A stretch of 64,000 nt of DNA from the NCBI GenBank assembly GCA_900551075.1, contig URVB01000011.1:34752-98751 (forward strand), given 5' to 3'. This DNA comes from an uncultured Blautia sp. (GTDB taxonomy: Bacteria > Bacillota > Clostridia > Lachnospirales > Lachnospiraceae). A program made the position numbers and the translations under genes. Positions 8,605-18,489 of this stretch are shown here, in pieces; the stretch's first letter is position 1, and each line of letters opens with the position of its first letter. The notes beneath the pieces were generated by a model. That model saw nothing but the letters and a program-made list of their open reading frames with translations, ran no database searches and was not told the DNA's origin.

Positions 8605-10155
8605 ATGAAAATGTTTATTATGGGATTGGATGGGGCTTCTTATCCACTAATATGTAAGTTTGTGAATGAAAATAAACTCCCCAATTTTAAAAAGCTATTA
8701 AAGGATAATAAGTTAAAAAAACTTATTTCCACTATTCCTCCGCATACGGCACCAGGATGGGTATCAGCATTTACCGGGGTACAGCCGGGGAAACATGGAA
8801 TATATCAGTTTTGGGATACACAGGCGGAAAGTTATTTAGGAAAGTTTATGGGGAGTAATGACTATGGTGTTGTTCCAGTATGGGAAATACTAAACCGCTT
8901 TGGCGTAAAGACCGGCCTTATTAACATACCGATGACTCATCCCCCGGAGAAGATTAATGGTTTTATGATGACCTGGCCTTTGTCTAATACATTGCGGTAT
9001 TCATATCCGGACCATTTATTACTGGATATAGCAGAGCATAACGGTCACTATGCATCGGATTTGAATCTTATGTATACGGGGGATGATAGTTATATTGAAA
9101 AATCGTTGGAAGTAACTAGGAAAAGGTTGCAGGCTGCAAAATATCTGATAAAGGAAAAAGAGTGGGAGCTGCTCGTCTGCGTTTTTACTGAAATTGACCG
9201 GATTTCACATTATTATTGGCACGACATGGAGCAGAGTCCTTCCAAATCAGAGGATGCCAAATCATTGTTAAGGAGCCATGCGATTGAAAAAATATATAGA
9301 GAGACAGATAAAGCGCTTGGAGAGATTCTCGAAATACTTACGGAAGACACATTGTTTTTGGTTATGTCTGATCACGGGTTTAGAAGAGGCGAATTCGATT
9401 TTTATATTCAGTCATTTCTGATGGAACATTCTATGTTGTATTTAAAACCGGCCGGACTTATTGCGGAGGAGGAAAGGCGATGCCTGAAAAACTCATGGTT
9501 TGCATGTATGGATAAAGGACAAGAATATTATGTGGACTGGTCGAAGACTATTGCATATATGGCATGTCCGGGATCTTACGGGGTAAATATCAACCTTCAG
9601 GGTCGTCAAAAGAAAGGGATTGTTAAAGCAGAAGAATACGAACGGGTAAGAAGTCAGGTTATTGCATGCATCAGTTCCGCAACGTTACCCGGAACGAATA
9701 TTCCCATGTTTGAACAGGTGGTCAGAAGAGAAGAGATTTATCACGGAGGAAGGATTAAAGATGCACCCGATATTCTTATGATTCCCAGTAGCTACGGTAT
9801 TATGGTGCACCATAAGATCGTGCCGGGAACTCTGTACGGAAGACCGGAACAGAACGGACTTCATGACAGAGCAGGGATTTTGGGATTATATGGAAAATCT
9901 ATAAATTATAAAATAATGAAAGAAGATATATACCTGGAAGATATTGCCCCAACTATATTAAATTATTTTGGTCTTGCCAAAGGTGATTATATGGATGGAG
10001 CATCAATATGTAATTTTAACCGGGGTGCACTTATTCCTTGGGAATATCCTTTAGAGGGATTAGAACGTTATAGCCAGGAAGACAGTATTTCCGGGTATAC
10101 GGAACAAGAGAAACTGGAAGCAGAAGAAAAGCTTAAGGCTTTAGGTTATTTATAA
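8605..10155 (+). CDS. alkaline-phosphatase-superfamily protein, type I phosphodiesterase/nucleotide pyrophosphatase-like (paralogue 1)
   Basis: N-terminus FIMGLDGASYPL followed by TIPPHTAPGWVSAFTG, matching the NPP/PF01663-type metal-site and Thr-nucleophile blocks. No TM segments. Confidence 0.55.
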   Translation: MKMFIMGLDGASYPLICKFVNENKLPNFKKLLKDNKLKKLISTIPPHTAPGWVSAFTGVQPGKHGIYQFWDTQAESYLGKFMGSNDYGVVPVWEILNRFGVKTGLINIPMTHPPEKINGFMMTWPLSNTLRYSYPDHLLLDIAEHNGHYASDLNLMYTGDDSYIEKSLEVTRKRLQAAKYLIKEKEWELLVCVFTEIDRISHYYWHDMEQSPSKSEDAKSLLRSHAIEKIYRETDKALGEILEILTEDTLFLVMSDHGFRRGEFDFYIQSFLMEHSMLYLKPAGLIAEEERRCLKNSWFACMDKGQEYYVDWSKTIAYMACPGSYGVNINLQGRQKKGIVKAEEYERVRSQVIACISSATLPGTNIPMFEQVVRREEIYHGGRIKDAPDILMIPSSYGIMVHHKIVPGTLYGRPEQNGLHDRAGILGLYGKSINYKIMKEDIYLEDIAPTILNYFGLAKGDYMDGASICNFNRGALIPWEYPLEGLERYSQEDSISGYTEQEKLEAEEKLKALGYL

Positions 10156-10165
10156 AAGGAGATTT

Positions 10166-10801
10166 ATGTTTAGCCCATATACAGGAAAGATATATTCAAA
10201 TCAGGAAGTATTGGAGGCAGCCGGGAAGTATCACGGTCAAATTCAAGTAATAAAACATGTAAATAAATATAAAAATGCTGCTAAGTCGATTGCTGAAGGA
10301 AAAATTATCGGTTGGTTCCAAGGCAGGTCCGAGGTTGGGCCAAGGTCACTGGGGAATCGGAGCCTGTTGGCAGATCCGAGAAATCCACAAATGAAAGATA
10401 TTATAAACTACAGAGTAAAATTTAGAGAGGCTTTTCGTCCATTTGCGCCATCTGTACTGTATGAATATCAACAAGAATATTTTGATCTGGATATTCCATC
10501 TCCTTATATGCTGATGGTGGCAGATATCTGGCCTGAGAAACGGGAACAGATTCCTTCTGTAACCCATATAGATGGAACCGGGAGATTGCAGACGGTCGTA
10601 AAGGGTATGAATCCTGTTTACTACGAACTCATTCATCATTTCTATAAATTAACGGGTGTTCCGGTTTTATTAAATACTTCGTTTAATGTGAATGGAGAAC
10701 CGATTGTGGAAACGCCAGATGACGCAATCAAATGTTTCCTGCATTCGGATTTTGATGAACTTTATGTAGAAGACGTATTGGTAACAAAAATAAAGAATTA
10801 G
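10166..10801 (+). CDS. carbamoyltransferase C-terminal (YrdC-like, carbamoyl-adenylate-forming) domain as a stand-alone ORF
   Basis: Contains GRSEVGPRSLGNRSLLADPR, FRPFAPSV, THIDGTGRLQTV and LNTSFNVNGEPIVETPDDAI, the conserved blocks of the NodU/CmcH/TobZ C-domain. Confidence 0.7.
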   Translation: MFSPYTGKIYSNQEVLEAAGKYHGQIQVIKHVNKYKNAAKSIAEGKIIGWFQGRSEVGPRSLGNRSLLADPRNPQMKDIINYRVKFREAFRPFAPSVLYEYQQEYFDLDIPSPYMLMVADIWPEKREQIPSVTHIDGTGRLQTVVKGMNPVYYELIHHFYKLTGVPVLLNTSFNVNGEPIVETPDDAIKCFLHSDFDELYVEDVLVTKIKN

Positions 10802-10817
10802 CAGAAGAGGAAAATAT

Positions 10818-11819
10818 ATGTATATTCTTGGATTAGGCGGATCGAATCATGATTTTTCAAGTTGTCTTATAAAAGATGGAGAGATACTGTCCATCATTGA
10901 AGAAGAAAGAATCACAAGAAAAAAGCATGGAATAGGTCTTGGTGTCAGCTTGGCGAAAGGATTATCTGTAAAGTATTGCTGTGAAGCAGCGGGAATAGAA
11001 TTTGGTGATATTGATCTTGTGATAGGAAATGAAATTTTAAATAAAGTTATGTACAGGAGAATGCAGCAAGAGGTGATACTAATTAATCACCATCTTGCAC
11101 ATGCTGCCAGTTGCTTTTATCCTTCACCGTTTCAGGATGCTGCAATATTAGTGGCGGATTCTGTAGGAAGCAAAAAATTAGATAGAGGAGAATGTCTGTA
11201 CGAGTCTGTATCTTTTGCAGTAGGGAATGGGAATGAAATTCATATTAAAGAGAATATTTCGGGCAGAAATATGAAAGAGACGGATCTCATTGAGAATTCC
11301 CTTGGGATTTTTTATTCGGTTATAACGCAGATCATTGGCTTTGGAGAACACCAGGAAGGAAAGACAATGGGACTGGCGCCTTATGGAACAAATAAATATT
11401 ATCATTTGATGAAACAGCACATCAGATGTATCGGAGATGGAAGAATAGAAATGAAAGAGGAAGACATAAGACAGTTGTTCACTTACAAAGATATCATAGA
11501 TACTGCAAGCGAAAATAAAAAGGCGGAAATAAAAGCAGACTTTGCATATGCGGCACAGCAGGTTTTGGAAGAATGTATGCTGTATTTATGTAGACATCTG
11601 AAGAAGCTGACAAACAAGAAAACATTGTGTCTGGCCGGTGGAATTGCCCTGAATAGTGTGGCTAATTATAGAATTTATAAAGAAAAGATATTTGAACAAA
11701 TATTTATACAGCCAGCCTGCGGGGACAATGGGACATCGATCGGAAGTGCGCTTTATGGACATTACGCAGTTATGGGACAAAAGCGTAATGTTGGAAGGAG
11801 AGACAGAGGTGAATTATGA
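10818..11819 (+). CDS. carbamoyltransferase N-terminal (Kae1/ASKHA-like) domain as a stand-alone ORF
   Basis: MYILGLGGSNHDFSSCLIKDGEILSIIEEERITRKKHG, HHLAHAASCFYPSPF, ILVADSVGS and QPACGDNGTSIGSALY match the NodU/CmcH N-domain. Confidence 0.7.
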   Translation: MYILGLGGSNHDFSSCLIKDGEILSIIEEERITRKKHGIGLGVSLAKGLSVKYCCEAAGIEFGDIDLVIGNEILNKVMYRRMQQEVILINHHLAHAASCFYPSPFQDAAILVADSVGSKKLDRGECLYESVSFAVGNGNEIHIKENISGRNMKETDLIENSLGIFYSVITQIIGFGEHQEGKTMGLAPYGTNKYYHLMKQHIRCIGDGRIEMKEEDIRQLFTYKDIIDTASENKKAEIKADFAYAAQQVLEECMLYLCRHLKKLTNKKTLCLAGGIALNSVANYRIYKEKIFEQIFIQPACGDNGTSIGSALYGHYAVMGQKRNVGRRDRGEL

Positions 11820-13099
11820 AAAAATTGTTTGTCATATCTTTTGAAGGGTTGAATTATAAACTGTTAACAGAATTTATGGAGATGGGAAATTTACCTAATT
11901 TTAAAAGAGTATCTATTGAAGGCGGTCTTGAAGAGATAAATTGCAGCAGAATTCCATATGAAGCGTCCGGCTTGGTGAGTGCCCTCTCAGGTAAGGAGGA
12001 TTCTGAACACGGAGTGTTTTCTTATTGGCGTACCCGAAACCGTGATTACCGTCCGGAGGTATATCAGTCAGAGGATGTTAAGCATCATATGTTCTGGAAC
12101 CAGAGATTCTGTAAGGGATATAGGGTTGGAATAGTCAACGTTTTTGGAACTCATCCGGTTTATAAAGTAGACGGAGTACTGATAAGTTATGCTATGAATC
12201 GCACATTGAGGTATGCTTTTCCGCCGGATTTAATGAGAAGGCTTACAAAAAGCGGATTTGGTTATGTGCAGGATATGGGGGCATTTTATAAAAATGACGG
12301 AAAGGAATCTTTGCTCAAGCAAGTCATCAAGGTGGAAAAGATGAGGCACGCAATATGTCAGGAACTCTACAAGGATGATTTGGATGTATATGTCATAAAT
12401 TATACCTGCATTGACCGTGTCTGCCATTTCTTCATGGATGAGCTAAAAGATGATGCAATGCCACTGGAGGAAAAAGCCGTCTATAGAATGTATCAGCTCA
12501 GCGATGAGATACTGGGAGACATACTTCAATATGTTGATGCACATGGCAGTGAACTCATTCTCTTTTCATCTGTAGGTTTTGGAGAACTGGAGAAATTTGT
12601 GGAGATTAATCCTTATTTGGAAAAAGAGGGATTCTTAAAAAGAGTGTCGGAGCGTGGCATTGATTTTGATCATACGCTGGCATTTGAGGCACCTCAGGGA
12701 GTTCATGGCATTAATATTAATACAGAAGATTTTTATGCCAGAGGAATTGTAAAAGCTGATAATTACAATATTGTTTTAAGTGAAGTTGCAGATGCTCTTA
12801 GACAGATGATAAATCCTTATAATAAAAAACCAATGTTCGCACAAGTAGCTAAAGGGAAAGAATTTTATCAGGGAAACAAGGAAGCTCCCGATTTGATACT
12901 GGAGCCTTATGACTGGAATTATCTTCCCTATGGAGATAATTACTGGGCTGATATCGTAGGGCGGCATAATCAAACTGGATGGCATAGGAATAAAAGTGTT
13001 TGGGGAAGGATGGGATACCATATGAATCAGGAAGCCTTTCAACAAGTGAGCTGTTTAAAAGATATTTACCGGGAAATAGAAAGAACAATTCTTATTTAA
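11816..13099 (+). CDS. alkaline-phosphatase-superfamily / NPP-like protein (paralogue 2, divergent active-site positions)
   Basis: N-terminus LFVISFEGLNYKLL..LPNFKR parallels paralogue 1. By-eye alignment puts Glu/Ala where paralogue 1 has the Thr nucleophile. Confidence 0.5.
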   Translation: MKKLFVISFEGLNYKLLTEFMEMGNLPNFKRVSIEGGLEEINCSRIPYEASGLVSALSGKEDSEHGVFSYWRTRNRDYRPEVYQSEDVKHHMFWNQRFCKGYRVGIVNVFGTHPVYKVDGVLISYAMNRTLRYAFPPDLMRRLTKSGFGYVQDMGAFYKNDGKESLLKQVIKVEKMRHAICQELYKDDLDVYVINYTCIDRVCHFFMDELKDDAMPLEEKAVYRMYQLSDEILGDILQYVDAHGSELILFSSVGFGELEKFVEINPYLEKEGFLKRVSERGIDFDHTLAFEAPQGVHGININTEDFYARGIVKADNYNIVLSEVADALRQMINPYNKKPMFAQVAKGKEFYQGNKEAPDLILEPYDWNYLPYGDNYWADIVGRHNQTGWHRNKSVWGRMGYHMNQEAFQQVSCLKDIYREIERTILI

Positions 13100-13106
13100 G
13101 TTTAAT

Positions 13107-13871
13107 ATGAAGGAGATATTTATGAGTAATACAGAATCTCATAAAAGGGTGGCGTTTGTATCAGGCAGTACGGCCGGAATTGGGTTAGCTGTAGTAAAAG
13201 CGCTGTTGGAAGAAGGGTATACGGTAATCGGAAATTCAAGAAAGCGAAAAGAAGAATTAAATCATGAGTTTGGACAATTGCTCGACCAATCACCCAATTT
13301 ACAGTACATTGAGGGAGATGTAACGAGAGAGGATGACACAGTTTCCATATTTACGAAGATAAAGAAGTATTTTGGGCGTATTGATATTTTGGTTAATAAC
13401 GTAGGAGCAACACAGAAGAAACCGCTGCTAAGAATATCCGGGAAGGAATTTGAAGAGAGTCTCAGACAAAATTTAATGGGAGCATTTTATTGTACGAAAC
13501 AAGCAATCGGTATCATGATGATACATAAATACGGGCGAATTATTAATATTAGTTCTATGGCTGGCGTTCATGGACTTGCGTTTGAAGCCGGTTATTCTGC
13601 ATCTAAAGCGGGACTAATCGGATTTACGAAGGCAGTTGCAAAAGAGTATGGTAATAAGGGAATTACATGTAATACGATTGCTCCCGGGATTATTCATAAA
13701 ACAGATAGCCATGAGAAAGAGGTTGTTCGGTCGGGTGCGCTTTCAGCAATTATTGTAAAACGAACGGGACGAGCTGATGAAGTGGCACATTCTGTAATAT
13801 ATCTTGCGTCGGAGCGGGCCGGTTACATTACAGGCGAAACAATAGAAATTAATGGTGGTTTATTTATATAA
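13107..13871 (+). CDS. short-chain dehydrogenase/reductase (FabG-like ketoreductase)
   Basis: Cofactor motif GSTAGIGLA and catalytic S...YSASK. Confidence 0.75.
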   Translation: MKEIFMSNTESHKRVAFVSGSTAGIGLAVVKALLEEGYTVIGNSRKRKEELNHEFGQLLDQSPNLQYIEGDVTREDDTVSIFTKIKKYFGRIDILVNNVGATQKKPLLRISGKEFEESLRQNLMGAFYCTKQAIGIMMIHKYGRIINISSMAGVHGLAFEAGYSASKAGLIGFTKAVAKEYGNKGITCNTIAPGIIHKTDSHEKEVVRSGALSAIIVKRTGRADEVAHSVIYLASERAGYITGETIEINGGLFI

Positions 13872-13891
13872 TAAAAGAGAGGTAAATACTT

Positions 13892-14989
13892 ATGAACAAA
13901 GAAAAGAAAAAAGTATTGTTTACAAACTTGATGATTAAAGAGGACACTTGTGATTCTTTTTGTAAATACTGCTATCATCGTGACGAAACAAAATCAACAG
14001 ATACATATGCTTATGACTGCAAATTGAAGATCAATATTGATAAAGCAGTAAAGTTTGCAACGACATATTTTAATAGCCCTATTATTAAGATATGTGGGGG
14101 TGAAATCTTTCTGATGTCTAATCTTGAGGAGTTTGTTGTGGAACTGTTAAAACATTTCTCCTATGTATTGATTCAGACGAACGGCCGACATCTGAATGAT
14201 CAGAATTTAAAATGGATTATTGCGTTGAAAAGGGTGATGCTTCAGGTTTCGTTAGACGGGCATGATTTGGAGATGAATGCCTATCGCTTTGAAAAAGCGG
14301 AAATTATGGAGAATATTCTATATGCAATAGAAAAATTAAAAGCAAATGATGTGTATATCGAGCTTACCTGCGTCTTAAATAATAAAAATACAAAGCGATT
14401 TGATGAATACGTGAAATATATGAGGGAACTACCGGGAGGCAGGGCGAGAAATACATTAAAAATCACACCAATTCTTATTATTGATAAAGAGAATTTGTTT
14501 AAACCTTGCAAGGAAGATCTGAAAGCAATTGATGGCATTATTAAGGATTATGAGAAATATGCTGATGTTTTGCCTCCTAAAAAATATATGGAGATGCTGA
14601 ATAAAGTAATGCATGGGGAGACAATTAAATACCAATGTTTTAATCCGATTGTAAGTCTTAACATGGTGAATGATGGAAGAGTTAAAAGTTGCACGAATGT
14701 GTTGCCGGAAAATGTTCTGAATATCGGAAATATGTTTGAAGACGATCCGGAGGTAATTTTGAAAAGATATGGAGACACTAAATTTCAGAAATTATTACTC
14801 TATACAAAACAATGGGTGCCAATTTGTAAGAATTGTTTCAACTTCTGCAGTATTTATAATCTATATCTAAACGATACAATTTCATTGGATGAGCTCTGTA
14901 ATAATAATTATATGTTTAATATACCAGAAGTCAGACAACGGCTACTGGAATTGCACGATATGATTGATGAAGCCAAAATCAGAGTTTAA
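13892..14989 (+). CDS. radical SAM enzyme with C-terminal SPASM/twitch-like cysteine cluster
   Basis: CDSFCKYC (Cx3Cx2C), GGE motif ICGGEIFL, C-terminal CKNCFNFCS and other Cys pairs. Confidence 0.7.
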   Translation: MNKEKKKVLFTNLMIKEDTCDSFCKYCYHRDETKSTDTYAYDCKLKINIDKAVKFATTYFNSPIIKICGGEIFLMSNLEEFVVELLKHFSYVLIQTNGRHLNDQNLKWIIALKRVMLQVSLDGHDLEMNAYRFEKAEIMENILYAIEKLKANDVYIELTCVLNNKNTKRFDEYVKYMRELPGGRARNTLKITPILIIDKENLFKPCKEDLKAIDGIIKDYEKYADVLPPKKYMEMLNKVMHGETIKYQCFNPIVSLNMVNDGRVKSCTNVLPENVLNIGNMFEDDPEVILKRYGDTKFQKLLLYTKQWVPICKNCFNFCSIYNLYLNDTISLDELCNNNYMFNIPEVRQRLLELHDMIDEAKIRV

Positions 14990-15154
14990 TCATCATTATT
15001 AAAAATTACATAGTACTATCTCGGGATTCGGAATGCCATTAGTCGAACATATAAAAGTGCTAATAAATCGGTAACTTTTATCAGAAAAAAACTGCTTATA
15101 AACAATAGATGAAAAATTTCCAGAGATTATATATACAGTAAGGGGGAGAAAAAT

Positions 15155-15955
15155 ATGGATCACATGAAGCTATTAGAGAATGAGAGCCTTTACATTATAC
15201 GAGAAGCGTTCAGCCGCTGCAGGAATTCCGGGATGTTATGGTCCATTGGAAAAGATTCAACAACACTTCTGTGGTTGATCAGAAAAGCGTTTTATGGAAA
15301 AATTCCTTTTCCCATTATCCATATAGACACTGGGTTTAAATTTAAAGAGATTTATGAATTCAGAGATTATTATGCAAAAAAGTGGAATTTAGATCTCATA
15401 GTATATAAAAATATGGATGCAATAGAGCGGGGGATGCATCCGGATTATGGCAAGTTGGAATGTTGCACACAACTGAAAACAAATGCGTTGAAGCAGGTAA
15501 TAGAACAAAAAGGATTAGATGCAGTTTTCTTAGGAATTCGCAGAGATGAACATGGAATAAGAGCAAAGGAGCGTGTATTTTCTTTGCGGGATGAAGAATT
15601 CGAATGGAATTACAAGGCACAATCTCCAGAGTTTTGGAGCCAGTATAAGACAAGGGCTGGAAGCAAAGAGCACTTGAGGGTTCATCCGATACTGGGCTGG
15701 ACGGAACTGGATATCTGGAGTTATATAGAGAAAGAAAAAATTCCATTTGTGGACTTATATCTTGCCAGGGATAATCAAAGATACCGGAGTATTGGATGTG
15801 AAACCTGCTGCAATCCAGTTGTTTCTACAGCAGATTCTGTGGAAAAGATTATTTGTGAATTGCAGAACACCAATATATCGGAGAGGAGTGGAAGGGCTCA
15901 GGATAAAGAATCCGATTATATGATGCAAAAATTGAGATCACTTGGATATATGTGA
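15155..15955 (+). CDS. cysD: sulfate adenylyltransferase subunit 2
   Basis: LENESLYIIREAF...MLWSIGKDSTTLLWLIRKAFYGKIPFPIIHIDTGFKFKEIYEFRD closely parallels the CysD/NodP N-terminal PAPS-reductase-fold blocks. Confidence 0.8.
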   Translation: MDHMKLLENESLYIIREAFSRCRNSGMLWSIGKDSTTLLWLIRKAFYGKIPFPIIHIDTGFKFKEIYEFRDYYAKKWNLDLIVYKNMDAIERGMHPDYGKLECCTQLKTNALKQVIEQKGLDAVFLGIRRDEHGIRAKERVFSLRDEEFEWNYKAQSPEFWSQYKTRAGSKEHLRVHPILGWTELDIWSYIEKEKIPFVDLYLARDNQRYRSIGCETCCNPVVSTADSVEKIICELQNTNISERSGRAQDKESDYMMQKLRSLGYM

Positions 15956-15971
15956 AGAAGAGAGGATATAG

Positions 15972-17210
15972 ATGGAAAAAGAAAAACTAAAAATCGTGAT
16001 AGTAGGTCATATTGATCACGGTAAGTCAACTTTGATTGGAAGATTATTATTTGATACAAATTCTATTACCAGGGATAAGATTGAGGAAGTAAAGAAAATA
16101 TCTGAACAGGCAGGTCAAAAATTTAATTTTGCATATTTACTGGATTATTTGCAGGAAGAACGGAATCAGGGGATTACGATTGATACGACACAGATGTGTT
16201 TTAGTTCTGAGAAAAAGGATTACGTAATCATTGACGCTCCGGGACATGTTGAATTTATCAAAAATATGGTAACAGGAGCTTCCCAGGCGGAATTGGCTAT
16301 TCTGATTGTAGATGCGCTGGAAGGTTGCAAAGAGCAGACAAAAACACATGCATACATTCTATCCATGCTCGGGATAAAAAATATTATCGTAGCTGTGAAT
16401 AAAATGGATCTTGTTTCATATGAAGAAGAAGCGTTCTTAAGAATAAAAAGAGAACTGGATGAGTTCCTATCCACGCTGAATCTGACAGTGAATTGCTATG
16501 TTCCCGTATCTGCACTGGAAAAGGATAATGTGGTAGTTAAATCGGAGCAGATGGATTGGTATGGTGGGAATACGCTGCTTCAGTGTCTGGATACTTTTAC
16601 AAAACCAATAGCAGAGTTAAATAAAACAGTTCTGTTCCCCATACAGGATGTCTATCGCATTGAAGAAAAGCGTATCATGGTTGGAAGATTAGAGTCTGGA
16701 ACCTTAACAACAAATGATGAAGTCACGATTCTTCCATCCAATGTTAAGACCCGGATAAAAACGATTGAAAAATTCATGGAGAAGACTGCCAAAGGTCTTA
16801 CTGGTGAATGTATTGGCATAACGACAAAGGACTCTGTGTTTATGGAACGGGGCCACATTGTATGTACGGATGAGAGTAATTTAGCAGTTACGGATTCCTT
16901 TCAAGCAAAATTATTCTGGATTTCATCGGAAAAGCTTCGCATAGGAGAAACGGCTAAAGTGCAGTGTGCAACGCAGGAGTCGTCTATGGAAATAAAAGAA
17001 ATAACCAGTAAGATAGACGCTTCTACTTTACAAAGTGTTGAAGGTGACGCAGATATTATAAAACCACTTGAAGTATGTCAGGTTGTTATACATACTAAAA
17101 ATCCACTTGTTGTAAGTGATATAAATGAGCTGATTGCAATAAAAAGAATCGTTATTCTGAAGAACGATACAATATGTGGTGGCGGGATTATTACGAATGT
17201 GAGCGTGTGA
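15972..17210 (+). CDS. cysN: sulfate adenylyltransferase subunit 1 (GTPase, no fused APS-kinase domain)
   Basis: GHIDHGKSTLIGRLL P-loop, DAPGH and NKMD GTPase motifs. 412 aa, so the CysC domain is absent. Confidence 0.8.
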   Translation: MEKEKLKIVIVGHIDHGKSTLIGRLLFDTNSITRDKIEEVKKISEQAGQKFNFAYLLDYLQEERNQGITIDTTQMCFSSEKKDYVIIDAPGHVEFIKNMVTGASQAELAILIVDALEGCKEQTKTHAYILSMLGIKNIIVAVNKMDLVSYEEEAFLRIKRELDEFLSTLNLTVNCYVPVSALEKDNVVVKSEQMDWYGGNTLLQCLDTFTKPIAELNKTVLFPIQDVYRIEEKRIMVGRLESGTLTTNDEVTILPSNVKTRIKTIEKFMEKTAKGLTGECIGITTKDSVFMERGHIVCTDESNLAVTDSFQAKLFWISSEKLRIGETAKVQCATQESSMEIKEITSKIDASTLQSVEGDADIIKPLEVCQVVIHTKNPLVVSDINELIAIKRIVILKNDTICGGGIITNVSV

Positions 17211-17211
17211 T

Positions 17212-18489
17212 ATGGGAAGAAAGCAATTCTTATTAGGCATTGACGGTTTGCCCTATAATCTTATCCAAAAGTTTATAGGGGATTATGGAATGTATAATCT
17301 AAAGGAACTGTTAAACAGAGGGAGTTGTAAAGCGATTAATTCTGTTTATCCCGTGATTTCATCGGTTGCATGGACAAGCTACGCAACAGGTCAAAACCCT
17401 GCATATCATAATATCTTTGGCTTTATCGATAGACAGCCCCGGCCATTTTCTATTGAGATACCGACTGCAAGACAGCGCCGGGGAAAAACGATTTGGCAGA
17501 AGCTTTCGGAAGCAGGAAAAAAGGTAATCGTAATGAATGTGCCTTTGACTTATCCACCCCAGAAAATAAACGGTATTATGGTATCTTGTTTTTTGAGTCC
17601 TAATTTAGACAAAGCATCTTATCCTCAAGAAATCAGTCAGTATCTGAAAGACCGGCATTATATTTTGGATGTAGATGCGAATTTGGCAAGAAAAGATAAG
17701 ATGCAGTTTATCATAGAGCTGATTCGCATTATGAAAACACGTTTTCAGGTCTGCTTTGAACTTATTGAGAACGAAGAGTGGGATTTCACACAATTACATA
17801 TTATGGAAACAGACAGATTGTTTCATTTCTTATGGGATGAGCTGAATGATGTCAGTAAAAACAAATATTCTCCACTTATAAAAGAGTTTTTTGCAGTCCT
17901 GGATCAGAATATTGGGGAAATGTGCAGGAGACTGAATAATTGTTCAGGAATCACATTCCTGTCGGACCATGGGTTCTGTGGAATCAAGTATGAAGTTCAG
18001 ATGAATCTCTGGCTGGAGGAGTTGGGTCTGTTGAAATTTAATGAGGGAGGACAGAAAGGGTTTAGGAGTTTGCATGAGGAGTCAATATGTTATTCACTAT
18101 TGCCAGGCAGATTTTATATCAATTTGGAAGGCCGGGAAGAAAAAGGGGTGGTAAAAGAAGAAGATTACATGGATACATGTAGGATGATAAAAGAAAAGCT
18201 TTTGTCTATGAGAGATCAGGATGGTAATAATGTGATTGATCGAGTTTATTTCAAAGACGAAATTTATAGTGGTCCTTATCTGAAAGATGCTGCAGATATC
18301 ATTGCTCATCCTGTAGACGGTTATGACTTGAAAAGCGGGTTTGGTGAGCCGTATGTGTTTAGCAGAGGACATCTCAACGGAATGCATACATATGAAAATG
18401 CAACAGTATTTTCAACCGATTTAAATTTGAATGATGTTTATGCCATTACAGATATTTCTGCACGGTTAATGGAGGTAATGGACGGATGA
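17212..18489 (+). CDS. alkaline-phosphatase-superfamily / NPP-like protein (paralogue 3)
   Basis: LLGIDGLPYNLIQKF...VYPVISSVAWTSYATG resembles paralogues 1 and 2. Start overlaps the cysN stop. Confidence 0.5.
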   Translation: MGRKQFLLGIDGLPYNLIQKFIGDYGMYNLKELLNRGSCKAINSVYPVISSVAWTSYATGQNPAYHNIFGFIDRQPRPFSIEIPTARQRRGKTIWQKLSEAGKKVIVMNVPLTYPPQKINGIMVSCFLSPNLDKASYPQEISQYLKDRHYILDVDANLARKDKMQFIIELIRIMKTRFQVCFELIENEEWDFTQLHIMETDRLFHFLWDELNDVSKNKYSPLIKEFFAVLDQNIGEMCRRLNNCSGITFLSDHGFCGIKYEVQMNLWLEELGLLKFNEGGQKGFRSLHEESICYSLLPGRFYINLEGREEKGVVKEEDYMDTCRMIKEKLLSMRDQDGNNVIDRVYFKDEIYSGPYLKDAADIIAHPVDGYDLKSGFGEPYVFSRGHLNGMHTYENATVFSTDLNLNDVYAITDISARLMEVMDG

